A DNA stretch of 57,887 bases, filler included, from Thelocarpon superellum (GCA_026025795.1; 2 parts of 2 records of this genome joined end to end with filler, not necessarily neighbours in it); one strand, 5' to 3'; numbered from the whole stretch's first letter, positions 1-12,702 are shown. Numbers and translations: made by a program. The notes: generated by a model not told the origin, from the sequence alone.

Positions 1-1434
1 CTCCTTGAATTGTCTGTGGATCTTCCTCTGCTAGGGACTCCGACAGGAACTTGGGTCGAGGAGCGTACTCATCGTCGTCCCAATAGACGGCATCCGGCAT
101 GCAATCACCAATCCAGGAGACGATCAAGCAATGAGGGCATTGGCAGGGTGTTTGCTGCCCTGTACGTTCTGTGCAGAGTTTGTACCAGCAATGACCCCGC
201 AGCAGGCAATCTTTCCGATTAAGATGGCTCATGACCCCATGGGAACCCATCTCATCGACGACCTCATCCGAGCCGTGATTATAGTGGACTGGAATCTGGT
301 CGGCGAGCAACCCATCGATTGGGCCCCAGTCGATAGGCTTGATGTGCAAGGCCATTCGTTGCTCGTTGTTGCTCATCATTGGTCCGACCAGCGTATGGGG
401 ATTGGCCGCTCGACCGTCAATGGCGCCGAAATTCTGGAACCGGGGTTGTGGGGGTGAGACGCGGGGAGGCGAGGGGGATACTTCCATCGTGAACGAGCCT
501 AGCTCGTCTCTGTTGAGGCGCACTTTGAGCTGGTCCGTGGCGGCATAGAACCTTTCGCGGGCCTCTACCAGGCTCTTCGACGCCTCCATTGGATCCAGAA
601 CATCCTGGTCCTGGAGAGGGTTTCCTGAATCCGATGGAGCATGATCCCCGCAGGTCTCGGCAGGCAGTGAAAGAGACTCAGAGGTGATGTTCCGCACTGA
701 ACATCCTACCGAGACCTTCTCCGGCGACTCCGTCGTCGGACTGGTCCCGCCAGCCGTTGTTGGCAGTCGAGACAGCAAGCTTGCCTCCCGAGACGAACAG
801 TCGCACCCTGATGCCTCGAGTGCCACCTTATGAGATCCACTCCCGGACGACTCAGGTGCTTCCTTCGAGACTCCACTCTCCGATGACTTGAGCGACAGTT
901 TTGGGGATACATCACCTTCCCTCCGCCATGCTCGGCGAATCCTCCACAGCACCGAGCTGGACACTCCGATAGTGACGAAGTTGACCATTTTCGAAGATAT
1001 GGCGGTCAGTTGTGCACCAGAGATGATGGTGATGGGGGATCGCTGTTTCGAGGACCACGGAGGAGGTCGATATTGATGTCACTCCCGATAGCACGGACTG
1101 GAGGGTCTCCAACAAGACGAGAAAAGGTGAGACTTGGATTGACCGGGGATGAGGGAGTGGAGGAATGAAGAGGAGGAAGGGGATTAGTCCCCTTCGTCAG
1201 AGACAGAGACAGGTCGGTAGGACGGCCGCTGCCCATCTGTCCCCAATGATTCTCAAGGAAGTCGAGAAGATGTGTCCTTGACCGATCTGGTGGCCTTGAC
1301 AATGGGAAGTAGGTGCTCCCCATCGTCACAAGTATACTTGACCTATCTGAGAATCGCCGTGCGGACGGACCCAGGGACAGCATATCAAAGAGGCTTAGAA
1401 TGAAAAGTGGGGTTCTTAACAAGTAGTGCACCAT
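1..1434 (-). mobile_element. Possible 5' portion (ORF1/gag-like region) of an LTR retroelement or other repeat, truncated by the window edge
   Basis: Minus-strand ORF 1434-1006 overlaps a second frame that I translated by hand; it is stop-free from ~1078 to base 1 (first ATG at 988) and absent from the ORF track because it has no stop in the window. No obvious introns; Ser/Pro-rich; Cys/His cluster CLLRGHCWYKLC-x8-CQCPHC. Adjacent LTR-like segment. No RT, integrase or protease motif visible. Confidence 0.35.
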
Positions 1435-1501
1435 GGTTAAAGTCGTGGAAGAAATCCGACCGGTCGTGATGGAAAGCTCCGATTCAGGTCGTAGACGATG
1501 T

Positions 1502-1683
1502 TGTGACGGAGATTTAGGTGAACGGCTGTGCCGCTCGCTTGCTCGTAACTTATCGTATGGTCAGGGGGACTCCCCGACGCAACACCGTCCGTCCACCACG
1601 TAGGGTCCACGCCCGCACCGGCAAAATCTGTCTACGTGTACTACTGGGTACCGTAGTCTAGAGTAAGGTGTATCCACGGGACA
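1502..1683 (-). repeat. Candidate LTR (about 180 bp) of the left-edge element
   Basis: Plus strand begins TGTGACGG (1502) and ends ...CGGGACA (1683): imperfect TG...CA termini. No second copy in the window to confirm. Confidence 0.2.
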
Positions 1684-1830
1684 CACGGTGTTCAATGGTA
1701 TCTACAGAGAATGTATGCATCACGCTTACCCGACCGCAAGGTATGCTCCTGGACCTGCCTGCACCAATCATCCACCGACCAAATCCTGCTCTCCAGTGCT
1801 CTGCTGAAAAGATCATGGCCGACGCGTCAT

Positions 1831-3243
1831 CTAGCTCGACCCACCCACAAATGCATTGTAGTTCATCTTGCCCGACGGACACGACCCCTCGATCGCATTG
1901 CCCGTGCCAGACGCCGTGGTCTGGCCGTCGCGTCTGACCGTGACCGTCACGGCGCCGAGTTGGCCGTTGAGAGGGACGGAGAAGTGGTTGACGCCGGCGT
2001 GGTTCGCTTGCAGGGTGGTGACGGCGCCGCTGCCGATTTGCACCGTCACCGTCGCAGCGGACTTGACCAGCGCATCGACGAAGACTTTATCCTGCACCAC
2101 GGTGTTGGGATCGAGGACGGGTTGACCCTGCGACGCCGTGTTGCCCGTGGTGCCGCCCGTGCTGCAGGTCCCCGTGGGCGTCAGGCGGTACCAGAAAGAG
2201 AGCTTGTCGGCCTCGACCGGGGGCATCGTCGTGTTGCCATTCTTGTAGGCGTCAATGTAGTGGGGAAGCATATCGCGCCAGTGGTCATGAGGCGTGGATT
2301 CGGCGTCGACGTATTCTTCCGCGCCCGCCGGGATGCCCGGTCGGATGGGCCCGATGTAATGCGATTCGCCGTAGTCGTTCCACGTCAAGATCTGGCCGGG
2401 TGAGCGATGGGGATGCAGGCAACACGTGCTCACGGATCATACCTCAACAAAGGCGGGCTGCACCTCCAACACCTGCTGCCAGCGGTCATACCAGAGGTCG
2501 TCGCCGCGCCAGAGCCAGTTCTTGTCCCACTGAGGGATGTTGGTGTAGAACCACGGCGACACGGCCATCATCAACGCCTTGCCGCTCGCGCCCAAGAGCT
2601 GTTTCCAATACTCGTCATTGCTGGGCGTCATGTCCGTGGCACCCTCGGGCCATGATGCCCATGGCAAGGCGCCGTCCACGTTGGCGTCGCTGGCCACCGC
2701 CGGCGCCCCGAGGCTGGTCCAGGAAGGCATGAAGAAGATGGGCACCTGGCTCTTGATCGACGGCCAGTCGCCCACGTTGCCGACACCCTCAAAGGTGGAG
2801 ACGATGGGCTTCCCATCGACCTTGGCCTGCGAGCTGTGCCCCTTGTACGTATTGATGAGCTGCACCACGCTCGACGCGGGCCACGGACCCGAGCTGAGGT
2901 AGTCGAAGGAGAGAAACATCGTGAAGTTGCCAAGCTGGTCCGCGGCTTGGTAGGCGTTGTCGAGCGACTGGGTGGTATAGGAAACCGACGGCGCGATGTT
3001 CAGGGCGAAGCCGTCGATGTGGGCATCCTTGGCTTTTTGGATGTCGTCGAGCCAGTCGCTGTAGTTGCTGCTGTACGTGTTGCCAATCTGCCACCTAGTG
3101 AGCCGGGGCGCTGCAGAAGCAGAAGTAGAAGCACGCGTGGGGCCACTGACGATGAAGTGAGCAAAGACGGACTTGGGCGTTGACTGGGCCAGCGTCATCC
3201 CGCACAGAAAGGCGCACACGGCGAAGAGGGGGGCAAACAACAT
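1831..3243 (-). CDS. Secreted alpha-1,3-glucanase (mutanase), glycoside hydrolase family 71, ~432 aa
   Basis: Signal peptide MLFAPLFAVCAFLCGMTLA; GH71 motifs VFAHFI.GN, HIDGFALN, FLSFDY, STFEG, VSPWFYT, KNWLWRGD, TWNDYGESHYIGP, C-terminal NYNAFVG. Exons 3243-3151, 3087-2443, 2391-1831 (introns 63 and 51 nt). No C-terminal CBM seen. Confidence 0.93.
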
Positions 3244-4052
3244 CGTACTCGAAGGAATGGACGAGTCAATAGGGAGACTCAGAGGGATGTGCAAGCACAG
3301 TAAGGAACGGACCCAGACGTCTGCTGGAAAACAACGATGGCACGGCGCAGTGAGGAAGAGAAGACGATACTCAGTCGATCCGGTCGACAGCAGGCCCTGC
3401 GCCCTTTCAAGGCTTTCGGCAGAAATCACCGCAGGCCTGGTGGGCAGGGCTGGGCGCCGTGGGTCAACAAGTGAATATCATGATCCCTGCCATAGGTGGC
3501 CACGGAGGCTACGCCACCGGCTCACCGGCCTGTCTGGTTTAGCCACGGGGCCCATCGCGCCCCATCACGCCGTGGGTGACGTGAGGGCGAAACGTAGTGG
3601 GCTCCTTCATTACCGGCGGCACCCAGCGCGGCAAAGCGGACAAAAGACTCTACCATACTCCATGCGCACTCATCCAGCACGTTTCCTGAATCGGATCGCT
3701 TCACGGCTTGGTGGCGCCGACTCTCCGTGCTGAATGCCCTCACCCAGCACCGCGAGGCACGAGGAACAAGGGCTGGGCGTCCGGGTCAGGGGGATACGGC
3801 CTGGTGCTGACCAGGGCGAAGGGTCATGTTAGCTCCAGGGGAACGAGAGAGGGCATGCACGAGCACCAGCTACTGCACTTGGACAAACACTCTTTGCCCG
3901 CTTGGCGCGGTCGCCAAGGCGATTAATGATGGGGGAAGCAGGCGCCATGCTGAAACCAAACTCCCTCGTCAGATAGGGCAGATTAGGCTCGACGGGAGAG
4001 CGACGAGCCAGTGAGACGGCCATGTGGGGTGGGCGACTCAAGCAAAACCCAG

Positions 4053-4658
4053 CGCGAGGACCTGGCGTTTCCTCTTGCCGTGCAGGGGTCCGTCGCTTCC
4101 ATTTCCCGGTGGGGCGAGGGGCAAAGTAGCCCTTCGGTCCTTTCGCTTAGCGCCCGTGCTGCCGTTCGGCCCAAGCGCAAGGGCGACGGGGTGAGGAACA
4201 ATTTCCTGGTCGGCCCAGGCCAGCGGTGAGCCCCCACGTCGGACGGAATCCCTGGGAGAGAATCACACCTCTCCTTTAGCCTCCAGACGCCGAATCCGGA
4301 CCATCTTCGCCTCGCAAGCACGGAGGGAGAGAAAGTGCTGTACGACGCCCGGGGCTTGCCGGTCCGTGTCCATGGATCGGTCTCGTTCGATCCAGAGGCA
4401 GAGCCGGCGGAGCTAGACCAATGGCAGCTGTTGCGGAACCGTTGCACGACCAGCAAAGAGCTCGACGCAGCGACGTTTGACACCGCCACCAACGATCATC
4501 GCCCCGCGGACGAGTTCTTGCGGTGCCCTCACCACCAACGCTTTGCCCATTTTCATCGCATCGACTTGGCCGGTAAGATCTCAATCGCGATCCAGGGCAG
4601 CCACAATTTCGCCTTCGTTTTCGTGTTCGGACATCGACCTGGTACGAAAGACGAGTAG
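4053..4658 (+). CDS. Hypothetical spliced gene, 5' end unresolved
   Basis: ORFs 4011-4229 and 4335-4658 join in frame through GTGAGC...TTTAG intron 4226-4279 (54 nt), which removes the stop. No recognisable domain. Confidence 0.3.
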
Positions 4659-4740
4659 TGTGCGATCGATCAGGGTGCGATGGTAAATGCCGAGCTACGC
4701 TACGAGTAGTCTATCAAATGCTGGTCTGGTAGGGGGGCCC

Positions 4741-7700
4741 TCATTTCGTGTCGCGCCGCCAAAAACGCCGCCACGATCGCTTTCGCTCCGCCCCGGAATT
4801 TTCTTCTTCGACATGGTGCTTGCCCACGATGGTCAGAAAGACCTGGTCCAGCGTAGTCCGCGAGATGGAGTAGTACTCCAGACCCAGCTCCTCCTTATGC
4901 TCCTCCAGCATCGTAAAGAGCCCGCCTATCCCACCTTTCGGTGATTGCACGACCGCATCAATCTGGTCACCTCCCAGCCCCGACGATGCTACCATCGACG
5001 CCGACGGACGGGCCGCCACGCTAAATCGTATCTGGCCGTGATACGTCTTTTCTTCGACCTCGACGCCCTCAAAATGCTGTAGGATCCATTGTCGAATCCG
5101 CTCCATTTCCTCGCTGGACGTGTGCGGCGCCGTCTTGGTGACCAGATGGGCGTAGTACTTATCTCCATGCTTCCTCCGCAGGTAGTCGCTTGTGCCGATC
5201 GCGAGCATCTTCTTCGCCATGATGCCGGCCCGATCGGCCAAGGCATCGGCCTCCTCCATGCTGTGCGTCTGTAATAGCATCAGTACGTCTTAAGTCCACG
5301 CGGGAGAAAGTGCGCGGGAGGTCGGACCGTGAGCACGATGGATCGCCCTGGCACCACTGCGGCCAGTGTCTTCCACATGACACGTTTCGCCGCGGCGTCC
5401 ATGCCCGAGCTGGGTTCATCCAGGAGGAGCACGGAAGGATTTCCTGCTCCATCCGTCAGCAATGTCAACGGCTCGCCGGATGATCGCCGTACCCATGAGG
5501 GCCACGCCGAGACTGAGCTTCCTCTTATTGCCACCCGACAACGTTGCCGCCATTCGCTCCGCAAAGGCTTCGAGCCCTACGGCTTTGATCACTTCGCCGA
5601 CGTTGTGCGCCACATCCGACACGCCGCGAATCCGAGCATAGAATCGAAGTTGCTCCACGACTGTCAACTGATCCATCGCATCGAATTGCGGACACACGCC
5701 GAGGTGCGATCGGGCCGCCGCGCGATGTTTCAGGACCGACGTCTCTTCGACCAAGATATCTCCGCTCCGGGTCGAGGCGCGCATGTCTCCGCGAATGCTG
5801 TGGTTTTCACCGCGCGTCAGTATGGTCACGTACTCCCCATACCAGCGAGTGGCTTACAGCGAGATGGTCGTGCTCTTTCCAGCGCCATTAGGTCCGAGTA
5901 AGGCAAACACTTCGCCACGCGGCACGCCGAAGGTCACATCGTCCACGGCCACATTGGATCCAAAGGCCTTGGTGACGTCAAGCACGCGGAGGCCATCGTT
6001 GGCCTGGCTGACACGCCGAGCCTCCTCGACGATCTCCGGCTCTGGCGTTTCCTTCTCCTCCGCATCCCGCGTCCGAGAGCGTGGCCGCACAAGACCCACA
6101 AAGGACCCTCCATCCCACCAGAGTAGGACACCGAAGAGCAACAAGGACTGCACCGACAGGTAAAGGATCGGGCCGCCGTACGCCTCGATGTCTCCAGGGT
6201 ACGGAATCAGCGCCTTGTTTCGGCACGTGATGGCCAGCACGTTCAACGCGATGAACATGGCCCGGATCAGATTGCCGCTCGGCGTGATGGTCGCAAAGGC
6301 AAAATGGACGACGTTGACGTATTGGACCCGCTTGTCCACAGGGGCGTACGTCTGCACGTTGAGATAGGCGATGAAATATAACAAGAACATGACCGCTTGG
6401 CCCCCAGCCACAAAGGCAAAGGCCGCCAGCTGCGAGCGCGAGAACAAGGAGATGACGTATGCCAGCAACGTCGACGCGAGACCGTAGAGAAAGAAGACGG
6501 GGAAGAGATAGCCGACATGATACCATGCGCTACTGCTGGTGGCAAAGATGATGACGGCGATGGCACTGGCCACGAAGACGATGCAGAAGTCAAAGGCCGT
6601 GTACGCGAACCACAACGGAAGCGTGCGCACCCCGTTGCTGTAATGCAGCGACCGCACCTGTCGAAGACGTTCCAGGGTCGGGTACAAGGCGAAGAAGGCG
6701 GGGTAGGCACACATGACCAAGCCGAAATAAACAATCAGCTGGAGCGACTTCCCGGCATCTGGTTGCCAAGGGGTATCGAAGCTGGCAAATTGTGTACTGA
6801 TGGAGAGATTACTCAGGAGTGTGTCGAGGGCATTCTGCGTGATGATGGAGGTGTAGATGCCACCGTCACCTTGATAGGCCAGCGTGGGAGGTGAGGACGC
6901 ATCGCCGAGGTAGATTCCACCAGGGGTCACGTTGGCGAAGCGTCGACTGATGTATGCATTGAAGTCGGCCAGGGTGTCGACAATGTGGATGGCCTGCGTG
7001 AGCCCCGATGCATTTGCCGGGGCTTGACCAGATCGTGGCAGGGTGGCCGCAATGCGGTCGACGGTGTCGGTGCCGAGTCTACTCGGTGGGCCCACGACGA
7101 GATCAAGGTTCTGCGTGATCTCGCTGGCTAGCGAACTGACGTCGGACACCGAAATGTTGTCAGTGGGTGCGCAGCCCGAGGCCTGGAAACCGTGCAGGAA
7201 CAGGGTCACCAGTCCCGCGGCGATGACCGGGAGGAGGAAGGCGGCCGACGAGGGAAGGTAATTGCGCTGGACGATGGCCAGACGTTTCCGGAAGAGGACC
7301 CACGCTTGGCGGGGCATGCCAATCCGCCGGCCGGTCAGCAAGCGCAAGCCCTGCGGCACCTCGCCGTCATCCTCCGATGCCTGTCGATCGCTGATGATCA
7401 CGGCGCCCGGCGTCTTCTCTTCGCCGTCGGTAGATCCCTCTCCGCGCGCGACGTCACCCGCGGCGAGCGAGGCGGACGATGCAACCTCATCCGCGAGCTT
7501 CAAGAAAACGTCTTCAATCGTAGGACCAGAGACTTGGTAGTCAGTGATGCCGGCTTGGTCCAGCTGATCCATGAGCCGTGCGGCATCGCCAGAGGTCGCT
7601 ACATTGTACGTCGAGTCGTGGGCGACGACCTTGAGATCCGGGAGCGCAGGTAATCCGTGGGCGTGACCAAGGTGGATGTGATAGCCACCGCCAAGGCGAT

Positions 7701-9753
7701 GCTTGAGCTCGACTGCCGAGCCTTCGGCGCGAAGCGTACCTTTGGAGAGGATGGCGATGTGGTCGGCAAGAAGATCGGCCTCATCGAGAAAGTGCGTGGT
7801 GAGAATGATGGTCCGCTTGCCTCGCTCGCTCAATAAGATATCCCAGATCTTACGACGGGAGAGGGGGTCGAGGCCACTGGAGACTTCGTCGACGGCACAG
7901 ACCCGACTGCCGCCCGTGAACATCATGGCGAGGTTCAACTTCCGTTTCTGGCCACCGGAGAGTGTCTTGGCCTTGGCATCGCGCTTACGATCGAGATCGC
8001 AGGCGGTGACTAAGGCCCGGATCTCGTCACGCGATGACTTGGCCCCGGTAGATTTGAGCCGGTCAAAGACCCAGACGTGTTCGTCGACGGTCAACTCGTC
8101 CCACAGGACGTTCTTTTGAGGACAGATGCCGAGCCCACCGGTGCTGTCCACGTCGATCGCGCCGCGAGTGACTTGGTTGAGACCGGCGATGGCCTCGAGC
8201 GTGGTGGTCTTGCCGCTCCCGTTAGCGCCGAGCAGGACCATGATCTGGCCCTTATGAACGGTCAGGGTGAGATCCTCGACAGCCTTGACCAGCTCCTTGC
8301 GCTGGCCATAGAGAGGGGCCACGTGACGGAAGAACCAGTTAGGACGATAATGGCGCGAGAAGTGGGAGAGTTCGACGGAGGTGGGCGAGTCTTCCGGACG
8401 TGAGGACACGGTGCGGCCTTTGGACATCGTGCCGTACAAGGACCGCTCGATCAGCGCTCCAAGGGCGGGATAGGCAACGATTTGAATGATCAGAAAGACC
8501 CACAGCGCAATGCCAGGCAGGGCCCAGGGGCTCTCGGGCGCTGCTTGAACCAAGTTGGTTGGGGCATTCTGGGCTTGGAAGCGAGCCATGAGGATGGTGA
8601 AGTAGACATAGGTCATGGGTGGAAAGAGGAGGCCGAGGATCGCAATCGCACCCGATCCGCCTGTCGATACGACTTGCGCCAGGATGCCAAACAGGAGACA
8701 GATGATGGTGATGGAAATACCACTCAGCTGAGCCTTGTGGAAGAAGCTTCCGCCGAAGAGGGCTAAGGAGGACAAGGACAAGCCGGCGAGCAGGTGGAAG
8801 ACGATGAGAACACCCATGCTGGTTTCGGCAAAAACGCCGAGGTCGAGGATGATGGCCATGATGATCCAGCCTGGTAGGTAAATGATGTCAAAGGCGAGAT
8901 GATGGGCCACCAGACGTGCCAGCTGTGGCTGCCATCGGCGGGTGCCAGGGGTCATGGCCTCGATGAGCTGAGACATGCCCAGTTCGCGCTCGCTGGCCAT
9001 GAAGCCTACCGATTGATAGATGACGCCGACGAAGGCGATGAAGAAGGCGACGCCGATAACCTGGATGATGCCACTCATGTACCGGACACGGATATCGTCC
9101 GCGCGCTGTTGCGGGGTTTCCGAAGTATACATGTACTCCGTGACGTTCTGGGGGAGGGCGACATGGGTGGTAGAGGTATCGGTGGCGGCGATGCTGGCGT
9201 CGATGGCATGCTGAAAGGGGAGCGTGTAAATCTCGGCATCGTTGGTGTCGTGGCCGACGTTGATGGTCAGACCAAGGGCTCCGTCGGCGCGGAGGGTGTA
9301 ATTCCAGATGCCTCCGGGACCCTCGGTGGGCGAGGAGTAGAAGACGGCGGCGGCATAGCAGCTACTCACGCCGAGTAGCGAGCTCGCGCATGTCTCCAGT
9401 AGGCCGGCCGGGTCTTGCAGATATTTGACGGTCTTGCCTGCCGCGGTGACGGTACTGGCGACTTGGTGAATGACTGCATCGATGTCGCCTCCTGCCAGGC
9501 CATTGTTGACAAAAACGACGGTATCCCGGTCGCCTCCGGCGGCTCCAAGCGCGGCCGAGAGGGTGCGGAGTGAGGTAGCTGAGCCGATGCCGAAGACGGA
9601 GTTGGGGATGAAGAGATTCCGGGCATAGCTCAAGAAGAGCATAAAGGCGACAGGCAAGACGAAGGCGCGTATCACGGTCGAGAAGGCATGACGGCCCAAC
9701 ACAATCATGAGGGTTTTGACGGTGAGCGTCCATATTTGCTGTCGAAAAGTCAT
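4741..9753 (-). CDS. Full-length ABCA-subfamily ABC transporter, ~1614 aa
   Basis: TMD-NBD-TMD-NBD layout with large ectodomains; N-terminal RQQIWTLTVK; NBD1 GANGSGKT / LSGGQ / VDEVSSGLD; NBD2 GPNGAGKS / LSGGN / LLDEPSSGMD / THSMEEA. Exons 9753-5858, 5797-5493, 5443-5328, 5268-4741 sum to 1615 codons. Confidence 0.95.
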
Positions 9754-10818
9754 GGCTCGACGAGAGGCCCGACGGTACCTCGAGGGCACGTCGATTGGAT
9801 CAGGCTGCTCGGTGAATGTTGAGTGGGTGATTCATCCCTAGAAGGCGCTTTATAATATGGTATATCGATGCATGTTATCGACAGACAGATCCTTGTCTGT
9901 ATGAGGAGCGGTCCGTCTTGAATCGAGTAGATGCACGCCGTGTGGGAACACGCGTTGTAACATCCATGGTTACGCCATTCAACGGTGGTTACTGTCGTCC
10001 AACGCGGGAGCCCGCCCACGGACACGGGGCACGGCGGATCCGAGATAGAGCCTCAAGCACCAGCTCTAGTTACGCTGTAGTGCCACCCCAAGCTCGACGG
10101 ATCTGCCAATGGTGCGAGCGCCGTGCACTAGTTACTTCACCCAGCGTTAGTCGTTCTGGAAGCACTTGTATAGATAGCATGGAGCGAGTACTCGTAGGCA
10201 CCAGGACCAGGGCGTTGATACGCAGCACCACTGGTGCTCAATTGATTGATGTCTCGCTTAACGTGCATCAAGGCGTCATACACTAATTCTGTCTAAGCAT
10301 GGTAAGAGGTGCCTCCGAGCGGTCGCTGCTCGGTTCTGCAGGCCCGCTCCGACGGCGTCGTGGCGCTGGCATCTGGGCGCACGTGGGGGCTCTTTGAGCC
10401 GACTATGAGGAGTGAACTTCGAACGTGCGCAACGTATGCGTAGACTTTGATGCACAGCGGATTACGGTTCGGCCGCTATGTATCAAGATGTTCCATGGAT
10501 AATGAAGGGCAGCGTCGGGGCTCGACGGGCGTACTCATGAGCCATGGGAGGGAGATTCTGCCAAGTTACGTCAGAGATTGGTCATGCTGGCTGCTCGCTG
10601 CTGGCTACTGCCAGTGTGGCTGTCGCGAGCTCGGTCCCCTGTCCAACGCTGCCGAGGTCAGACGCACCGATCAGGTGGCTGGAGCTCTCTTGGATGCCCA
10701 TTGTCGATCCATCCCAAAAGACGTCTCAGTCCATCCATTCTAGACTTGACCAGCTCTCTTTCCTTTCGACGCCGCCAATCTCCACCAGTGAGCATCGGCG
10801 ACTCGTTCCACTTGTACA

Positions 10819-12423
10819 ATGACGAGGAAACAACCTAGTGCTTTCTTGAGTACCCCGGGGTCCGACCGGACGTGCTCGTTGCCAGACAGACAAATGCCGC
10901 GCCACGATGACGCTGCTCTTTCCGACGCTCGCTCCTCCGTCGTGGATCCCAGCGCATACACGGCTCCTTTCCTCTCCTTCATCACCGACAACCCAACCGT
11001 CTTCCATGCTGTTTCCTCCTTCGGACAACGGCTCGCGGCTCACGGCTTCACCAAGCTCTCCGAGCGCGACTCGTGGGCGAAGCAGGTGAGGAAAGGCGGG
11101 AGATACTTTGTGGAACGGAACGGGAGCTGCTTGATTGCATTCGCTGTCGGAAAGGACTACAAGCCAGGGAATGGAGCGGCAATCGTGGCCGGCCACGTCG
11201 ACGCCTTGACCGCCCGCCTGAAGCCCATACCAACGCTGGCGACCAAAGCGGGATATGCGCAACTCGGCGTCGCACCGTACGCCGGCGCGCTGAACTCAAC
11301 GTGGTGGGACCGAGATTTGGGCGTGGGCGGCCGTGTACTGGTCCAGGATGCCGCAACAGGCAAGATTGTCACCAAGCTGGTCAAACTGGACTGGCCCATC
11401 GCGCGCATTCCCACGCTCGCCCCCCATTTTGGCACAGCGGCGCGAGGACCCTTTAATCTGGAGACGCAAATGGTCCCGATCATCGGACTCGACCACGTCG
11501 ACGCCCGTCAGGGACCCGCAGCCGCCCCTCCGACATTCCTGGGTCGTGAGGGCACCTTCGCCGCGACGCAGCCAGCGCGGCTGGTGAAGGCTATCGCCAA
11601 AGACATTGGCGTTGAAGACTGTAGGCATTGCTCTTTGCTCCCACACGAAAAGGTGCATGTCCGACTGACGCGTGGGATAGATGGCAAGATTATGAACTGG
11701 GACTTGGAGTTGTTCGACATTCAGCCTGCGCAACTCGGTGGACTGGACAAAGAGTTCATCTTTGCCGGCCGAATTGACGACAAGCTCTGTTCGTGGGCGG
11801 CCGTAGAAGCGCTCCTCGCATCTACATCCAACTCGGCTTCTACGTCAGAGCACGACGGGATCATCAAGGTTGTGGGTCTGTACGACGATGAAGAGATCGG
11901 ATCGCTGTTGCGCCAAGGCGCCCACAGCAATCTGCTGGGTAGCGTGCTGGCGCGGGTGTGCGAGGCTTTCCCGTCGGACGGCGTTCCAGCTGACACCTTT
12001 TCGCAAACGCTGGCCAATAGCTTCCTGGTTTCGTCGGACGTGACGCACGCCGTCAACCCGAATTTCCTGGGCTCGTACCTTGAGAATCACAGCCCGCGAC
12101 TCAATACGGGCATCTGCATCTCCTACGATTCCAACGGGCATGTCACCACCGACGCCGTGTCGGCCGCGCTGCTCCAGCGAGTCGCCTCCAAATGTGACGC
12201 CACGCTCCAGCTCTTTCAGATCCGGAACGACTCCCGCAGTGGCGGTACCATTGGTCCGATGATGAGCGCCCAGACGGGTATTCGCGCCATCGATGCCGGC
12301 TGTCCTCAACTGAGTATGCACAGCATCCGTGCGACGACGGGTTCGTTGGACCCCGGATTAGGGGTGCAGCTCTTCAAGGGCTTCCTGGATTGGTATGAAG
12401 TGGTCGACGAAGAATTTCGGTGA
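10819..12423 (+). CDS. APE1: M18 aspartyl aminopeptidase, vacuolar aminopeptidase I (Ape1/Lap4)-like, ~514 aa
   Basis: Motifs PTVFHAV, GHVDAL, APYAG..NSTWWDRDL, GRIDDK, DDEEIGS, DVTHA.NPN, RSGGTIG, QLSMHSIR. In-frame intron 11621-11680 (GTAGGC...CTGAC...ATAG). N-terminal extension consistent with a propeptide. Confidence 0.9.
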   Translation: MTRKQPSAFLSTPGSDRTCSLPDRQMPRHDDAALSDARSSVVDPSAYTAPFLSFITDNPTVFHAVSSFGQRLAAHGFTKLSERDSWAKQVRKGGRYFVERNGSCLIAFAVGKDYKPGNGAAIVAGHVDALTARLKPIPTLATKAGYAQLGVAPYAGALNSTWWDRDLGVGGRVLVQDAATGKIVTKLVKLDWPIARIPTLAPHFGTAARGPFNLETQMVPIIGLDHVDARQGPAAAPPTFLGREGTFAATQPARLVKAIAKDIGVEDCRHCSLLPHEKVHVRLTRGIDGKIMNWDLELFDIQPAQLGGLDKEFIFAGRIDDKLCSWAAVEALLASTSNSASTSEHDGIIKVVGLYDDEEIGSLLRQGAHSNLLGSVLARVCEAFPSDGVPADTFSQTLANSFLVSSDVTHAVNPNFLGSYLENHSPRLNTGICISYDSNGHVTTDAVSAALLQRVASKCDATLQLFQIRNDSRSGGTIGPMMSAQTGIRAIDAGCPQLSMHSIRATTGSLDPGLGVQLFKGFLDWYEVVDEEFR

Positions 12424-12645
12424 GTTGGGGTGATCCGGTGACGGTGACATGGTGCACACGCCCTCGCCGAAGCTGGTGTTTCGCATCATGTAGATGAAGG
12501 AGTAGAATATGGCATAGATGATCGGTTACGAGATTGACGCTCCGTCATCCACGAAGGAAACCAGCAGGGTCAACTTCATCCGGTTCATTGCGTTGCGTGC
12601 CGGTTCTGCCAAGACCGTTGTTCTCGCACCGATTGGCGGACCCGT

Positions 12646-12702
12646 GCGACCCTTCGCCCTTCGGCGACCCTTCGCCCTTCGGCGACCCTTCGCCCTTCGG
12701 CG
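12646..12702. repeat. Tandem repeat, 18-bp unit GCGACCCTTCGCCCTTCG x3
   Basis: Three exact copies read directly, plus a partial fourth (GCG). Confidence 0.9.

Noticed and set aside
12646..12702. CRISPR-like repeat
   Set aside because: Units are head-to-tail with no spacers, no cas genes, eukaryotic context.
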